Of a DNA stretch of 43,253 nucleotides, positions 23,069 through 34,384 are shown one piece after another. Source of the stretch: Culicoidibacterales bacterium (GTDB taxonomy: Bacteria; Bacillota_I; Bacilli_A; Culicoidibacterales; ZOR0006); assembly GCA_051651525.1 (NCBI GenBank), contig JBOFSL010000173.1:1-43253 (forward strand), in the 5' to 3' direction. The position numbers and the translations under genes were made by a program. The number at the start of each line of letters is the position of its first letter. The stretch's first letter is position 1. The notes below the pieces were generated by a model. That model saw nothing but the letters and a program-made list of their open reading frames with translations. It was not told the DNA's origin and did not search any database.

Positions 23069-23602
23069 ATGAAAGCACAGAAATTAGCGTTTTTAGCGCT
23101 GGCACTTGCCTTAGCATTTGCCTTGAATTTAGTAGAAAGAAGTTTTTTGAGCTTTGGATGGTTAAACGGTGGTTCAATTATGCTGTCGATTATTCCATTA
23201 CTAATTGTCGGCATTCGATATGGCTTTAAAACAGGTGTACTAATTGGCGCCGTTTATGGGATGATGACCCTATTTTTTGGTGGCTTTGTTGTGCATCCAA
23301 TTCAATTATTCCTTGACTATATTATTTCGTTTTCGATGCTCGGACTTGTCGGTTTAATCGCACATGATTGGCAAGACAGTCGTGGCATTCTGTTAGGGAC
23401 AACGTTGGCGTGTCTAGGCATGTTGATCAGCTTTATTGTATCAGGAGCAATCTTTTTCGCTGAATATGCACCAGTCGGACAATCAGCATGGGTATATTCT
23501 TTGATTTATAATTCGACATATATGCTGCCAACGCTGATTATCGCGATAATTGTGACACCACGTTTAGGTAAACGTTTAGCAAAAAATTTAAGACAGAACT
23601 AA
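23069..23602 (+). CDS. thiT: ECF thiamine transporter S-component
   Basis: Multi-TM protein with GGSI, HPIQLFLDY, SGAIFFAEYAP, YSLIYNSTY; TPP riboswitch upstream; TTG start. Confidence 0.92.
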   Translation: MKAQKLAFLALALALAFALNLVERSFLSFGWLNGGSIMLSIIPLLIVGIRYGFKTGVLIGAVYGMMTLFFGGFVVHPIQLFLDYIISFSMLGLVGLIAHDWQDSRGILLGTTLACLGMLISFIVSGAIFFAEYAPVGQSAWVYSLIYNSTYMLPTLIIAIIVTPRLGKRLAKNLRQN

Positions 23603-23638
23603 CAGGAATCCACCTCAATAATACGAGGTGTTTTTTTA

Positions 23639-23703
23639 TTGACAGCTGAAAAAATGAAGCGTATACTTATATTTAGATAAACGTTTAAATATCTAAATAT
23701 AAG
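23639..23703 (+). promoter_or_regulatory. SigA promoter overlapped by 14-bp perfect inverted-repeat operator
   Basis: TTGACA(23639-44)-17-TATACT(23662-67); CTTATATTTAGATA-N10-TATCTAAATATAAG (23666-23703). Confidence 0.8.
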
Positions 23704-23717
23704 AGAGTGGTGAAAGT

Positions 23718-23993
23718 ATGGGGCTGAATTTAGCTTTTAAAGCATTGGCTGATCCCACAAGGCGAGAAATTTTACAATTATTACGTACTAGTGATCTGAA
23801 CGCGGGCGAAATTGCGGAACATTTTGCAATGACAAAACCGAGTATTTCACATCATTTGAAATTATTAAAGCAAGCAGATTTGATTTGTGATGAAAAACAA
23901 GGACAATTTATTATTTATAGTTTGAATACGAGTGTGGTTGAAGATGCGATGAGTTGGATTTTTGACTTAACAAAAATCCAAAAAGGAGAGTAA
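23718..23993 (+). CDS. ArsR-family autorepressor, SdpR-like
   Basis: AFKALADPTRREILQLL, AGEIAEHFAMTKPSISHHL, GQFIIYSLNTSV; adjacent SdpI-like gene. Confidence 0.88.
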   Translation: MGLNLAFKALADPTRREILQLLRTSDLNAGEIAEHFAMTKPSISHHLKLLKQADLICDEKQGQFIIYSLNTSVVEDAMSWIFDLTKIQKGE

Positions 23994-23996
23994 TAC

Positions 23997-24644
23997 ATGA
24001 TGAAAAAAATAAATTGGCAAGAAATAGCAATTTGTGCTTTAGCAGTACTACCGTTGGTCATTGTTGCAGTCGTATATGGACAATTGCCAGCTGAAATTCC
24101 AACACATTGGGGGATAAGTGGAGAAATTGATGCCTATGGACCGAAATGGATGCAATTTGTCCTTGCAGGCCTTGGTATATTTATTTATATTTTGATGTAT
24201 AGTGTTCCTAAAATTGATCCGAAACGGGCAAATATTGAAAAGTTTGGGCGGAATTATCACTGGTTACGATTCGGTTTCCAATTATTTTTTGTGAGTCTCA
24301 TTGTGATTACAACAGCAGTCGCGCTTGGTTATGCGATTGATGTTGAACTTTTAATCCGAATGGGTATTAGCTTGTTGTTTATCTTTATTGGAAATTCATT
24401 TGGCAAAATGAAACAAAATTATATGATTGGTATTAAAACTCCGTGGACATTGGCTGATCCTGATGTTTGGAATCGGACACATCGCTTGTCTGGTTATGTG
24501 TGGGTAATAGTTGGTTTAATTATGCTCTTTACCGCGTTCCTTCCGAGTATGATAGCAACAACAATTTTTATCAGTGGTTTAATTGTAATGGTCGCGGTAC
24601 CGCTCGTTTATTCATATATCATTTACCGTCAAAAACAAAAATAA
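23997..24644 (+). CDS. SdpI/YhfL family immunity membrane protein (DUF1648 plus SdpI)
   Basis: LPAEIPTHWGISGEID, IDPK, QNYMIGIKTPWTL, VWNRTHRLSG. Confidence 0.9.
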   Translation: MMKKINWQEIAICALAVLPLVIVAVVYGQLPAEIPTHWGISGEIDAYGPKWMQFVLAGLGIFIYILMYSVPKIDPKRANIEKFGRNYHWLRFGFQLFFVSLIVITTAVALGYAIDVELLIRMGISLLFIFIGNSFGKMKQNYMIGIKTPWTLADPDVWNRTHRLSGYVWVIVGLIMLFTAFLPSMIATTIFISGLIVMVAVPLVYSYIIYRQKQK

Positions 24645-24839
24645 AAGCGAATAGCCAGCTGGCGATAAAAAGGCAATTTTCCCATGGGAAATTGCCTTTT
24701 TTGCTAGGTTTAGAACGAACGTATAAAGATTATTTGCAAAAATCGAGTGAAATAATTAGAAAATAAAAATATAGTAACGCTAGAATCCATGTGGCGTTAT
24801 AATGATAAAGAATAGATTTTTTTGAAATGAGGAATAGAT

Positions 24840-25721
24840 ATGAATGATTACATTATTAAGGCACTGGCGTTTAATAACGAAGCACGCGTGTATATTGCAC
24901 AAACAACGCAAACAGTCAGTGAAATTGTCCGCCGTCACGAGGCATTACCAGCTGCAGCAGCAGCTTTAGGACGAAGCGCAACAGCAGGAGCAATTATGGG
25001 GGCAATGCTAAAAGGAAATCAACGCTTAACGTTACGGATTGAAGGAAACGGTCCCATTGGTAAAATTATTATTGATGCGAATGCTGAAGGTCAAGTTGGC
25101 GGCTATTGTGACAATCCAAGTGTTCATTTTCACAATACACAAACAGGTAAAGTTGATGTCAAAGCTGTAGTTGGGACACAGGGATCAGTTCGGGTTGTTA
25201 AAGACATTGGTGTTCGTGAATTATTTACGAGTGAAAGTGCGCTTGTGAGTGGTGAAATTGGCGAAGATATTGCCTACTATTTTACTGTGAGCGAGCAAGT
25301 ACCAAGTGCAGTTGCAGTTGGTGTGTACATCAATCCTGAAAATGAAATTGAATCAGCAGGTGGATTTATTATTCAACTTTTACCAAATGCAAGTGAGGCA
25401 ACAATTCAAGCAATTGAAGCGGCTTTAGCAAATATTCCTTCGACAGTCCAATTATTGCATGATGGTGAAACACCGGAAACAATTTTAACGTTGTTAGCTG
25501 GAACGGATGCACATATTTTAGAAAAATTACCAGTTCAGTTCAATTGCCAATGTTCATATGAACGCTTTGCTCGTGGAATCGTGACATTAGGTCAAGATGA
25601 AATTCGCAATATGATTGCCGATGGTGGTGCACAAACAACTTGCCATTTCTGCAATGAAGTATATGATTTTGATGTTCCGCAATTGGAAATTTTACTAGCG
25701 GATGCAAAACGAAATAAATAA
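24840..25721 (+). CDS. hslO: Hsp33 redox-regulated chaperone
   Basis: AALGRS, GNGPIG, SGEIGED, SEQVPS, CQC and CHFC zinc motif. Confidence 0.96.
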   Translation: MNDYIIKALAFNNEARVYIAQTTQTVSEIVRRHEALPAAAAALGRSATAGAIMGAMLKGNQRLTLRIEGNGPIGKIIIDANAEGQVGGYCDNPSVHFHNTQTGKVDVKAVVGTQGSVRVVKDIGVRELFTSESALVSGEIGEDIAYYFTVSEQVPSAVAVGVYINPENEIESAGGFIIQLLPNASEATIQAIEAALANIPSTVQLLHDGETPETILTLLAGTDAHILEKLPVQFNCQCSYERFARGIVTLGQDEIRNMIADGGAQTTCHFCNEVYDFDVPQLEILLADAKRNK

Positions 25722-25755
25722 ATAAAACTAAAGGGATAAAAAGGAGTACATGCAT

Positions 25756-26463
25756 ATGGAAACAATTATGAAGTTACAGGGAGTAAAGAAAATTTATGGA
25801 AAAGGTGAAACGCTAGTTCATGCACTTGACGGCGTTGATTTAGAAATTTTTGCCGGTGAAGTTGTTGTGTTGTTAGGCCCTTCTGGAAGCGGGAAATCAA
25901 CAATGCTAAATGTGATGAGTGGGCTTGATAAAATTGATAGTGGGACGATTCACTTTCAATCTGAAGTCATTAGTCAAATGAGTGACGCACAATTAACAAA
26001 ATTCCGCCGTGATAAAATTGGCTTTATCTTCCAGTCATATAATTTATTACCAAACTTGACGATTAGTGAAAATGTTGAAGTTGGACGTTACATCGCAAAA
26101 GATAAGCTTGATGTTGAACAAATTTTACAAAGCGTTGAAATGAATGACCATCGTAAAAAGTTCCCATTCCAATTATCGGGTGGACAACAACAACGGATTT
26201 CAATTGCACGCGCATTAGCAAAAAATCCCCAATTAATGTTCTGTGATGAGCCAACTGGTGCACTTGATGAACATACAGGTAAAAAAGTCCTTGAAGTGTT
26301 ACAAAAAGTAAACAAAGAGTATGGGACAACGTTAATCATTGTGACACATAACCCGGGAATTGCAGCGATGGCGAATCGAGTGATCCGCATGAACAGTGGG
26401 AAAATTGTTGAACATTATCAAAATGAAACACCAATTGCAGCGAGCGAGGTGCTGTGGGCATGA
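25756..26463 (+). CDS. ABC exporter ATP-binding protein (MacB/LolD-type)
   Basis: GPSGSGKST, LSGGQQQR, CDEPTGALD, VTH. Confidence 0.95.
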   Translation: METIMKLQGVKKIYGKGETLVHALDGVDLEIFAGEVVVLLGPSGSGKSTMLNVMSGLDKIDSGTIHFQSEVISQMSDAQLTKFRRDKIGFIFQSYNLLPNLTISENVEVGRYIAKDKLDVEQILQSVEMNDHRKKFPFQLSGGQQQRISIARALAKNPQLMFCDEPTGALDEHTGKKVLEVLQKVNKEYGTTLIIVTHNPGIAAMANRVIRMNSGKIVEHYQNETPIAASEVLWA

Positions 26464-28865
26464 TTCGACTGTTTTTAAATACGTTACGTAGTTTAAAAAA
26501 TCATAAAGTACAAACGTTAGGATTAATGACCTTAGTTATTTTTTCAACACTACTTTATTCAATGATGACTTATTCAAATGATGTTATTTATGTTGGTTCA
26601 GACGAATATTTCGCAACACAGAAACAAGAAGATTTCAGTTTTGCGCCTAAAATTGAGTTGGACCAAGCAGATTTAACAGCTATTTTTACAGAATATAATA
26701 TTCCATTCACAGAGTTAGCAGATGGGGACATTTCAGATGTTTTTGTGAAATACGATGTTGATTTACAGCCATACTTAGCCAAACAAGCTGAGCAATTAGC
26801 AGTGGAATACAACTTCAGTGTTGAAGCAAGAGAGCAAAAAATGTTCACGGATACAGTTGATGAAGTGAATCGTCATTTTTTAGCAATTAAAACGACAGAA
26901 GAAGTCAACTTGCCATATATTGTTGAGGGATCATTACCGCAAAGTGATGATGAAGTGACAATGAATGAACCGTTTTTAAAAGCTAATAATTTAGCAGTTG
27001 GTGATCAATATGAAATCAAAGGTAAAATGTACACGATTAGTGGATCAGTTTACGATGTCGATCAAGTATTTCCAATTGTTTCAAATGAATCACCAATGTA
27101 CATTGCTGAAACAGATGCAATTTTACACGTGACAGATGCTGAATTTGGCCGTTTAGATGTTGAATCACAAACGTTATATAGTGCAAAATTCAATGACTCA
27201 GCCGATGTCGAAACACAATTTGAAGCACTAGATGATGAACAATTCCAATATATAATGGGAATTGATGCGAATCCACGTGTCAGTATTCTTTCGAGTCGTG
27301 CAGAAATGAGTAATGTTATGTCAACAATTATGCTTGCGTTCTTATCAGGAATCACAGCAATTATGGTGGCATTAACAATTCGTCGTCAAATCAATAACGA
27401 AAAAGAACAAATCGGAGTTTTAAAAGCACTTGGTTACCGCCGTGCGGAAATTATGGCTAGTTACTTTGTGTACGCGATTGTGATTGGTTTAGGTGGAGCA
27501 ATTATCGGGTATTGGTTAGGCTATGGTTTAGCATATCCAGTTTCTGATATTTTACGCTCAATGTTGAATATGCCAGCATTTGAAATTGCTCCATTACTAG
27601 ATCGGACAATTATTGGGATGTTTGGACCGATGATTATTATCGGAATTGTGAGTTGGTTTGTGAGCTTTATCGCATTACGTCACCAACCAATTTGGTTATT
27701 AAGCCCCGGAAGTGATACACATGTAAATGGCTTAGCACGAATGATTGAAAAGATGAACCTAAGCTTCAAACAACAATTCCGTTATTCACTCGCAAGTCGA
27801 GGGTATGGTCGCTTATTTATGGTCTTCTTTGGTGCCTTTTTATCGGGAATTCTAATTAATTATGCGTTCTTACTAATTACGATGATTGATGATGTGACGG
27901 GCAACGCGTTTGGTGCGGCAACGTACAATAGTCAAGTGTCATACACACAAGTCTATGATTTACCGAATGAACGTGTCGGTGAAAAAGATGAGCCTGTGAC
28001 AATTGCGAAAGTTGATTTTGAGGGCTATGTAAGTGAATCGAGTTTCTTACAATCAATTGACTCAAGTCAATCAAGTATTGAGTTAACGGGAATTAATCCG
28101 GATACGACGCTAAATCGCTTACTGGATATTAACGGCCGTGATATTACACCAGAACTTGAAAATGGTGTCGTTATTAATAGTTTTGTTGAAAGTGGATTTG
28201 GGATTGCTGTTGGTGATATGGTCAATGTGATGACCAAAGATGGTCGTGAAATGGAGCTCGAAGTAGTTGCCGTGACACATGCATTTAATGGGAATTATGC
28301 ATATGCAGATATTGAAACAGTGAATGAGCTGATGGGATATAATCCTGGAAGCTTTAACTCAGTCCAATCACCAGATGATTTGAGCGATTTAAAAGGAACT
28401 GAAGATGTCCGTTCAGTCATGTCATTAGCTGATTTAGTTGAGAATATGACACAGCTGAATAAACAGATGACGTTGATGTTAGGAATCTTTACCGGCTTTG
28501 CCGCAGGATTAGGTTTAATTATGATTTCACTTGTTTCAAATTTCTCTGTCGATGATAATCGAAAAGTAATTTCATTACTAAAAGTGATGGGGTATAATAA
28601 AAAAGAGATTTCATCAATTGCATTGAATATTTATACACCAGTTGTGTTCTTTGCCTACTTGACGAGTATTCCGGCAGCATTACAAATTGTGACAGTTGTA
28701 ACTGAACTAATCGGCCAAGAAATTGGTGTGGGCTTGCCTGTACGATTAGCTTGGAACTTAGTTGCAATTGGTTTAGTGATTGTACTTGTTGTATATTATA
28801 TCTCAATCAAAATGGCACAACGTTCACTTGAACGAGTCTCTTTACAAGAAGCATTGAAAAAATAA
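26460..28865 (+). CDS. ABC exporter permease with two FtsX-like domains
   Basis: ATGA overlap with the ATPase; IGVLKALGY and ISLLKVMGY motifs; two large extracellular domains. Confidence 0.9.
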   Translation: MIRLFLNTLRSLKNHKVQTLGLMTLVIFSTLLYSMMTYSNDVIYVGSDEYFATQKQEDFSFAPKIELDQADLTAIFTEYNIPFTELADGDISDVFVKYDVDLQPYLAKQAEQLAVEYNFSVEAREQKMFTDTVDEVNRHFLAIKTTEEVNLPYIVEGSLPQSDDEVTMNEPFLKANNLAVGDQYEIKGKMYTISGSVYDVDQVFPIVSNESPMYIAETDAILHVTDAEFGRLDVESQTLYSAKFNDSADVETQFEALDDEQFQYIMGIDANPRVSILSSRAEMSNVMSTIMLAFLSGITAIMVALTIRRQINNEKEQIGVLKALGYRRAEIMASYFVYAIVIGLGGAIIGYWLGYGLAYPVSDILRSMLNMPAFEIAPLLDRTIIGMFGPMIIIGIVSWFVSFIALRHQPIWLLSPGSDTHVNGLARMIEKMNLSFKQQFRYSLASRGYGRLFMVFFGAFLSGILINYAFLLITMIDDVTGNAFGAATYNSQVSYTQVYDLPNERVGEKDEPVTIAKVDFEGYVSESSFLQSIDSSQSSIELTGINPDTTLNRLLDINGRDITPELENGVVINSFVESGFGIAVGDMVNVMTKDGREMELEVVAVTHAFNGNYAYADIETVNELMGYNPGSFNSVQSPDDLSDLKGTEDVRSVMSLADLVENMTQLNKQMTLMLGIFTGFAAGLGLIMISLVSNFSVDDNRKVISLLKVMGYNKKEISSIALNIYTPVVFFAYLTSIPAALQIVTVVTELIGQEIGVGLPVRLAWNLVAIGLVIVLVVYYISIKMAQRSLERVSLQEALKK

Positions 28866-28878
28866 GGAGTGAATATAC

Positions 28879-29103
28879 ATGGCAGTTTATGTTGGCAATA
28901 AAAAATCACGTATGAAAAAAGGACCAGTACTTATTGGTTTAGCAATACTCGTCTGTGTAATTGGCGCAGGAGCATTCTTTTTCTTCGGCGGTAATGATAC
29001 AGTTGAACAAACTCCAACTACAGAAGAAACAACGCCTGTGGTTGAAGAAACAATGGGAACATTACCAAGTAATGCCTTTCCAATTACGGTGGTGACGAAA
29101 TGA
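28879..29103 (+). CDS. Small single-pass membrane protein (74 aa) of unknown function
   Basis: AAGGAG RBS; basic N-terminus, TM helix, acidic T/P-rich tail; stop overlaps next ATG. Confidence 0.7.
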   Translation: MAVYVGNKKSRMKKGPVLIGLAILVCVIGAGAFFFFGGNDTVEQTPTTEETTPVVEETMGTLPSNAFPITVVTK

Positions 29104-29909
29104 AACCGCTAAATCGGCCAAAGGTAAAAAGTTTACACTTAAATAATCGGCGTCGTAAATTGAAAAAAGGACCAGTATTCGCACTCGTGGCAGTATTCAT
29201 ACTGGTGATTGGTGGAATTATCATTGTTGTCACACAACAAGATAAACCAAACGAAATCGTTTTGACGCCAGAAGAGTCAAGTGTAAGCAAAGAGGAGACA
29301 CCAGCTGTTGAATCAGAGCCAACGTATGATATTGAAACACCCGCGAGTGAGACATTTATTATTAATAAGCAGCGGGCAGTAGCAAATGAATACGTGCCAG
29401 CAGATTTAGTGATTCCAAATGTAGCAATGCGTGAGGATATTTCTAATGATGAAAAGTACGTTCGTAAAGTTGCTGCAAGTGCGTTAGAAGCAATGACTCA
29501 AGCAGCAGCGGCAGAAGGTATCGAACTTGTCTTAGGTAGTGGCTATCGTTCATATGCTTTACAAGAATCATTGTTCTCAAGCTATGAAGCAATTTCTGGA
29601 ACTGAGCTTGCGAATGAATATAGTGCACGCGCAGGACAAAGTGAACACCAAACAGGTTTGGCAGTTGACTTGGTAGGGAGTGACTATGTGTGTTATTTAG
29701 AAACATGTTTTGACGAAACGCCAACAGGTCAGTGGTTAGCGAATCATGCGCATGAATATGGCTTTATTCTACGCTTCATGGAAGGCCGTGAAGCAATTAC
29801 TGGATATCAGTATGAGCCATGGCATTTCCGTTACGTAGGGCAAGAATTAGCTTTAGAAATTACGAAAGAAAAAACGACGATGGAAGAATATTTTAAATTA
29901 ACACCATAA
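29100..29909 (+). CDS. Membrane-anchored M15B family carboxypeptidase (VanY/LdcB-like)
   Basis: SGYRSY..Q, SEHQTGLAVD, YEPWHFRYVG. Confidence 0.92.
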   Translation: MKPLNRPKVKSLHLNNRRRKLKKGPVFALVAVFILVIGGIIIVVTQQDKPNEIVLTPEESSVSKEETPAVESEPTYDIETPASETFIINKQRAVANEYVPADLVIPNVAMREDISNDEKYVRKVAASALEAMTQAAAAEGIELVLGSGYRSYALQESLFSSYEAISGTELANEYSARAGQSEHQTGLAVDLVGSDYVCYLETCFDETPTGQWLANHAHEYGFILRFMEGREAITGYQYEPWHFRYVGQELALEITKEKTTMEEYFKLTP

Positions 29910-30072
29910 AAAAGGCGTTGTTGGATTGATTTCAACAACGTTTTTTTGTGTTACTGCTGATTTTTAACGAATTTACAACCGTTATAACTGAAATAACATG
30001 ATATAATTGAAACAATTTAAATAAATTTTCGTTATTTTTATTGAGAATAACGCAGTGATAGGAGCTAGGAAA

Positions 30073-31068
30073 ATGGCATATAAAATTGGTGATATTCAAA
30101 TCGATAATCCAGTTGCATTGGCACCGATGGCAGGTGTATGTAACGCATCATTCCGTACATTAATTAAACGGTTTGGTGCAGGATTGATTTATGCTGAGAT
30201 GGTAAGCGATAAGGCCGTACATTTCCGTAATGAAAAAACATTAAAAATGTTATATGTTGATCCGCTTGAACATCCAATGGCAATGCAAATTTTTGGTTCA
30301 GAAAAAGATATTTTCGTTGAAGCTGCTAAATTTGTCGAACTGAATTGTGCAAGTGATATTATTGACATCAATATGGGCTGTCCAGTTCCGAAAATTACTA
30401 AAAACGAAGCTGGTGCGAAATTACTGCAAGATGAAAACAAAGTCTACGAAATTGTCAAAGCAGTTGTTGAAGCGGTAGATAAGCCGGTTACAGTGAAAAT
30501 GCGAATTGGTTGGGATGATCACTCGATTAATGTTGTTAACAATGCGATGGCGGTTGAAGCGGCTGGTGCGAAATTGGTTGCCGTCCATGGACGAACAGCA
30601 AAACAAATGTATACAGGAACAGCAGACTGGGATTATATTCGCCAAGTCAAAGAAGCAGTTTCAATTCCTGTTTTAGGAAATGGTGATGTGAAAACACCAC
30701 AAGATGCGAAACGGATGATGGATGAAACGGGATGTGATGGTGTGATGATTGGTCGTGCAGCATTAGGAAATCCATGGATGATTCAACAAACAGCTCATTA
30801 TTTACAAACTGGCGAACTTTTAGATGAACCAACAGCACGCGAAAAAATTCTCGTGGCCAATGAACACTTAGCGAATCTTGTTGATTTAAAAGGAGAACGT
30901 GTTGGGTCGAGAGAAATGCGAGCACATGCCGCTTGGTACATCAAAGGGTTAAAAGGTAGTGCACGAGTGAAAGATTTAATCAATCATACGCAATCAGCCC
31001 AAGAGATGGAAAAACTATTAACGGACTATTTACAGTTTTTAGAAACTGGTGAGCCGACATTATTTTAA
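30073..31068 (+). CDS. dusB: tRNA-dihydrouridine synthase B
   Basis: LAPMAGV, IDINMGCPVPKI, VHGRT, GNGDV, GVMIGRAALGNPW. Confidence 0.97.
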   Translation: MAYKIGDIQIDNPVALAPMAGVCNASFRTLIKRFGAGLIYAEMVSDKAVHFRNEKTLKMLYVDPLEHPMAMQIFGSEKDIFVEAAKFVELNCASDIIDINMGCPVPKITKNEAGAKLLQDENKVYEIVKAVVEAVDKPVTVKMRIGWDDHSINVVNNAMAVEAAGAKLVAVHGRTAKQMYTGTADWDYIRQVKEAVSIPVLGNGDVKTPQDAKRMMDETGCDGVMIGRAALGNPWMIQQTAHYLQTGELLDEPTAREKILVANEHLANLVDLKGERVGSREMRAHAAWYIKGLKGSARVKDLINHTQSAQEMEKLLTDYLQFLETGEPTLF

Positions 31069-31082
31069 AGAGGGAGAATCGT

Positions 31083-31607
31083 ATGCAAGCACAAAAAAGT
31101 TCAACACCAGAAGAACAAAAAAAGTTGATTGAAGAATTGCAAAAACAAATGAAAGCTGAGGCGCTTTTACGTGCGCCGCTCTGGCGTCGGATGGTTGCTT
31201 ATTGGATTGATATTACGATGTACATTGGAATTGTGATGATTCCAGCATATTTGTTACAGTGGACAATCATGCCAGATTTAGTGAACAATTATGCCGTGAT
31301 GTTTTGTTTAATGACTGCCGTTTTCGCATTATTATTCGTTGGTGAAACTTGGGTATTAAAAGGGCAATCGATTGGGAAATTAGCCTTAGGGATTAAAATT
31401 GTAAGTCGCGATGGTCAGCCAATTACGTTTGGTCGCCTCATTTTACGCGAAATGATTGGCCGCTTTTTATTATTACCAATTACGTTTGTCCAATTAATTG
31501 TCTATATTTTTACAGGTGGTCGATTCGTTCACGATTTACTTGGACGATCAAAAGTGATCCGTACACGACCATCAAAATTTATGATGAAAATAACACAAAT
31601 GAAATAA
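31083..31607 (+). CDS. RDD family membrane protein
   Basis: APLWRRMVAYWID, GQSIGKLALGIKIV, FVHDLLGRSKV. Confidence 0.85.
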   Translation: MQAQKSSTPEEQKKLIEELQKQMKAEALLRAPLWRRMVAYWIDITMYIGIVMIPAYLLQWTIMPDLVNNYAVMFCLMTAVFALLFVGETWVLKGQSIGKLALGIKIVSRDGQPITFGRLILREMIGRFLLLPITFVQLIVYIFTGGRFVHDLLGRSKVIRTRPSKFMMKITQMK

Positions 31608-31633
31608 TCGTAGATTTCAAGACAAGATTTTGA

Positions 31634-33172
<1,539 letters not shown>

Positions 33173-33276
33173 ATCGTGATCGAAAAACAAACCGCTTTTT
33201 AGCGGTTTGTTTCAATTTTTTGACATCAAGAATAAGCAAAAAAATACTCAATTCAATTGATAGGCGGTAAAGAAAA

Positions 33277-34227
33277 ATGAACTCAAACGAGAAATATGTT
33301 GTAGTAATCGGACCAACGTTAGTGGATGTAATTGGGACACCCAAAAAACGCTTAGTGATTCATGATTCGAATCCAGGGACGATTCGTACAGTATTTGGGG
33401 GAGTTAGTCGAAATATTGCATGTAATTTACAACGTTTAGGGGTAAATGTTGTCTTTATTACGATTGTAGGAAATGATGTCGATGGACGTGGCTCTGTTGC
33501 AGATGCTAAAAAACTTGGGATAAATATGGATTGTACAATTTTCCGTGATGATATGTCGACGGCAAAATTCATGTGTATCAATCAAGAAGATCGAGATTTG
33601 TATGTCGGACTTGTTGATACAAAAATTGTTGATTCAATGTCAGTAGCAGATATTTTACCATTTGAGGAAATTATCCGAAATGCGAGTGCATGTGTGGTTG
33701 ACACTGATAATCCGCGAGAAGTGTTAGAATACTTAATTGATGAGCACAAACATGTACCATTATTTGTGGATACGATTTCAGCACAAAAAGCAGCACGGGT
33801 AAAAGATTTAATTCATTCATTCTATGCGGTGAAACCAAATGATATTGAAGCTGAAGCATTTTTAGATATGACAATTGAAGAAGATCAAGATTATGTTATC
33901 GCAGCGGATCGTTTTATTGAGCACGGTGTGAAACGCGTCTTCTTAAGTTTAGGTTCAAAAGGTCTTTACTATGCCGATGAAACGAAACATGGTCATGTCT
34001 ATCCATTACCAGTTCCAATTCGCAATACGCTTGGAGCAGGTGATTCAGTGATGGCAGCAATGGTGTATAGTTATATGCATGGTCTATCAATCGATGACAG
34101 CGCCCATTTTGCGACTGCAACAGCAGCGATTACGATTCAAGCAAAAGGTGCGACAAGTGAAGAACTTTCAGAAGAAAAAGTCCGTGAGTTAATGAAAAAA
34201 ATTACGAACACACCACTTTGTCGCTAA
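33277..34227 (+). CDS. PfkB family kinase, pseudouridine kinase (PsuK/YeiC)-like, copy 1
   Basis: YVVVIG..VD, DSNPG, GGVSRNIA, FVDTISA.K, KPN..EAE, NTLGAGDS. Confidence 0.82.
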   Translation: MNSNEKYVVVIGPTLVDVIGTPKKRLVIHDSNPGTIRTVFGGVSRNIACNLQRLGVNVVFITIVGNDVDGRGSVADAKKLGINMDCTIFRDDMSTAKFMCINQEDRDLYVGLVDTKIVDSMSVADILPFEEIIRNASACVVDTDNPREVLEYLIDEHKHVPLFVDTISAQKAARVKDLIHSFYAVKPNDIEAEAFLDMTIEEDQDYVIAADRFIEHGVKRVFLSLGSKGLYYADETKHGHVYPLPVPIRNTLGAGDSVMAAMVYSYMHGLSIDDSAHFATATAAITIQAKGATSEELSEEKVRELMKKITNTPLCR

Positions 34228-34384
34228 TTTGATAAGAAAGAAAAGAGTAGTAGAGCAAGCAGCTGATTCTCGTAGAGAGTTAGAAGCTTGATACTGCTCT
34301 TTTTTTATCGAGTAATTTTGATATAGATTTTAAAATAAGATTTTGATACTATAGAGGGAATAGAAAGTCGATAGGGAACAAAAA

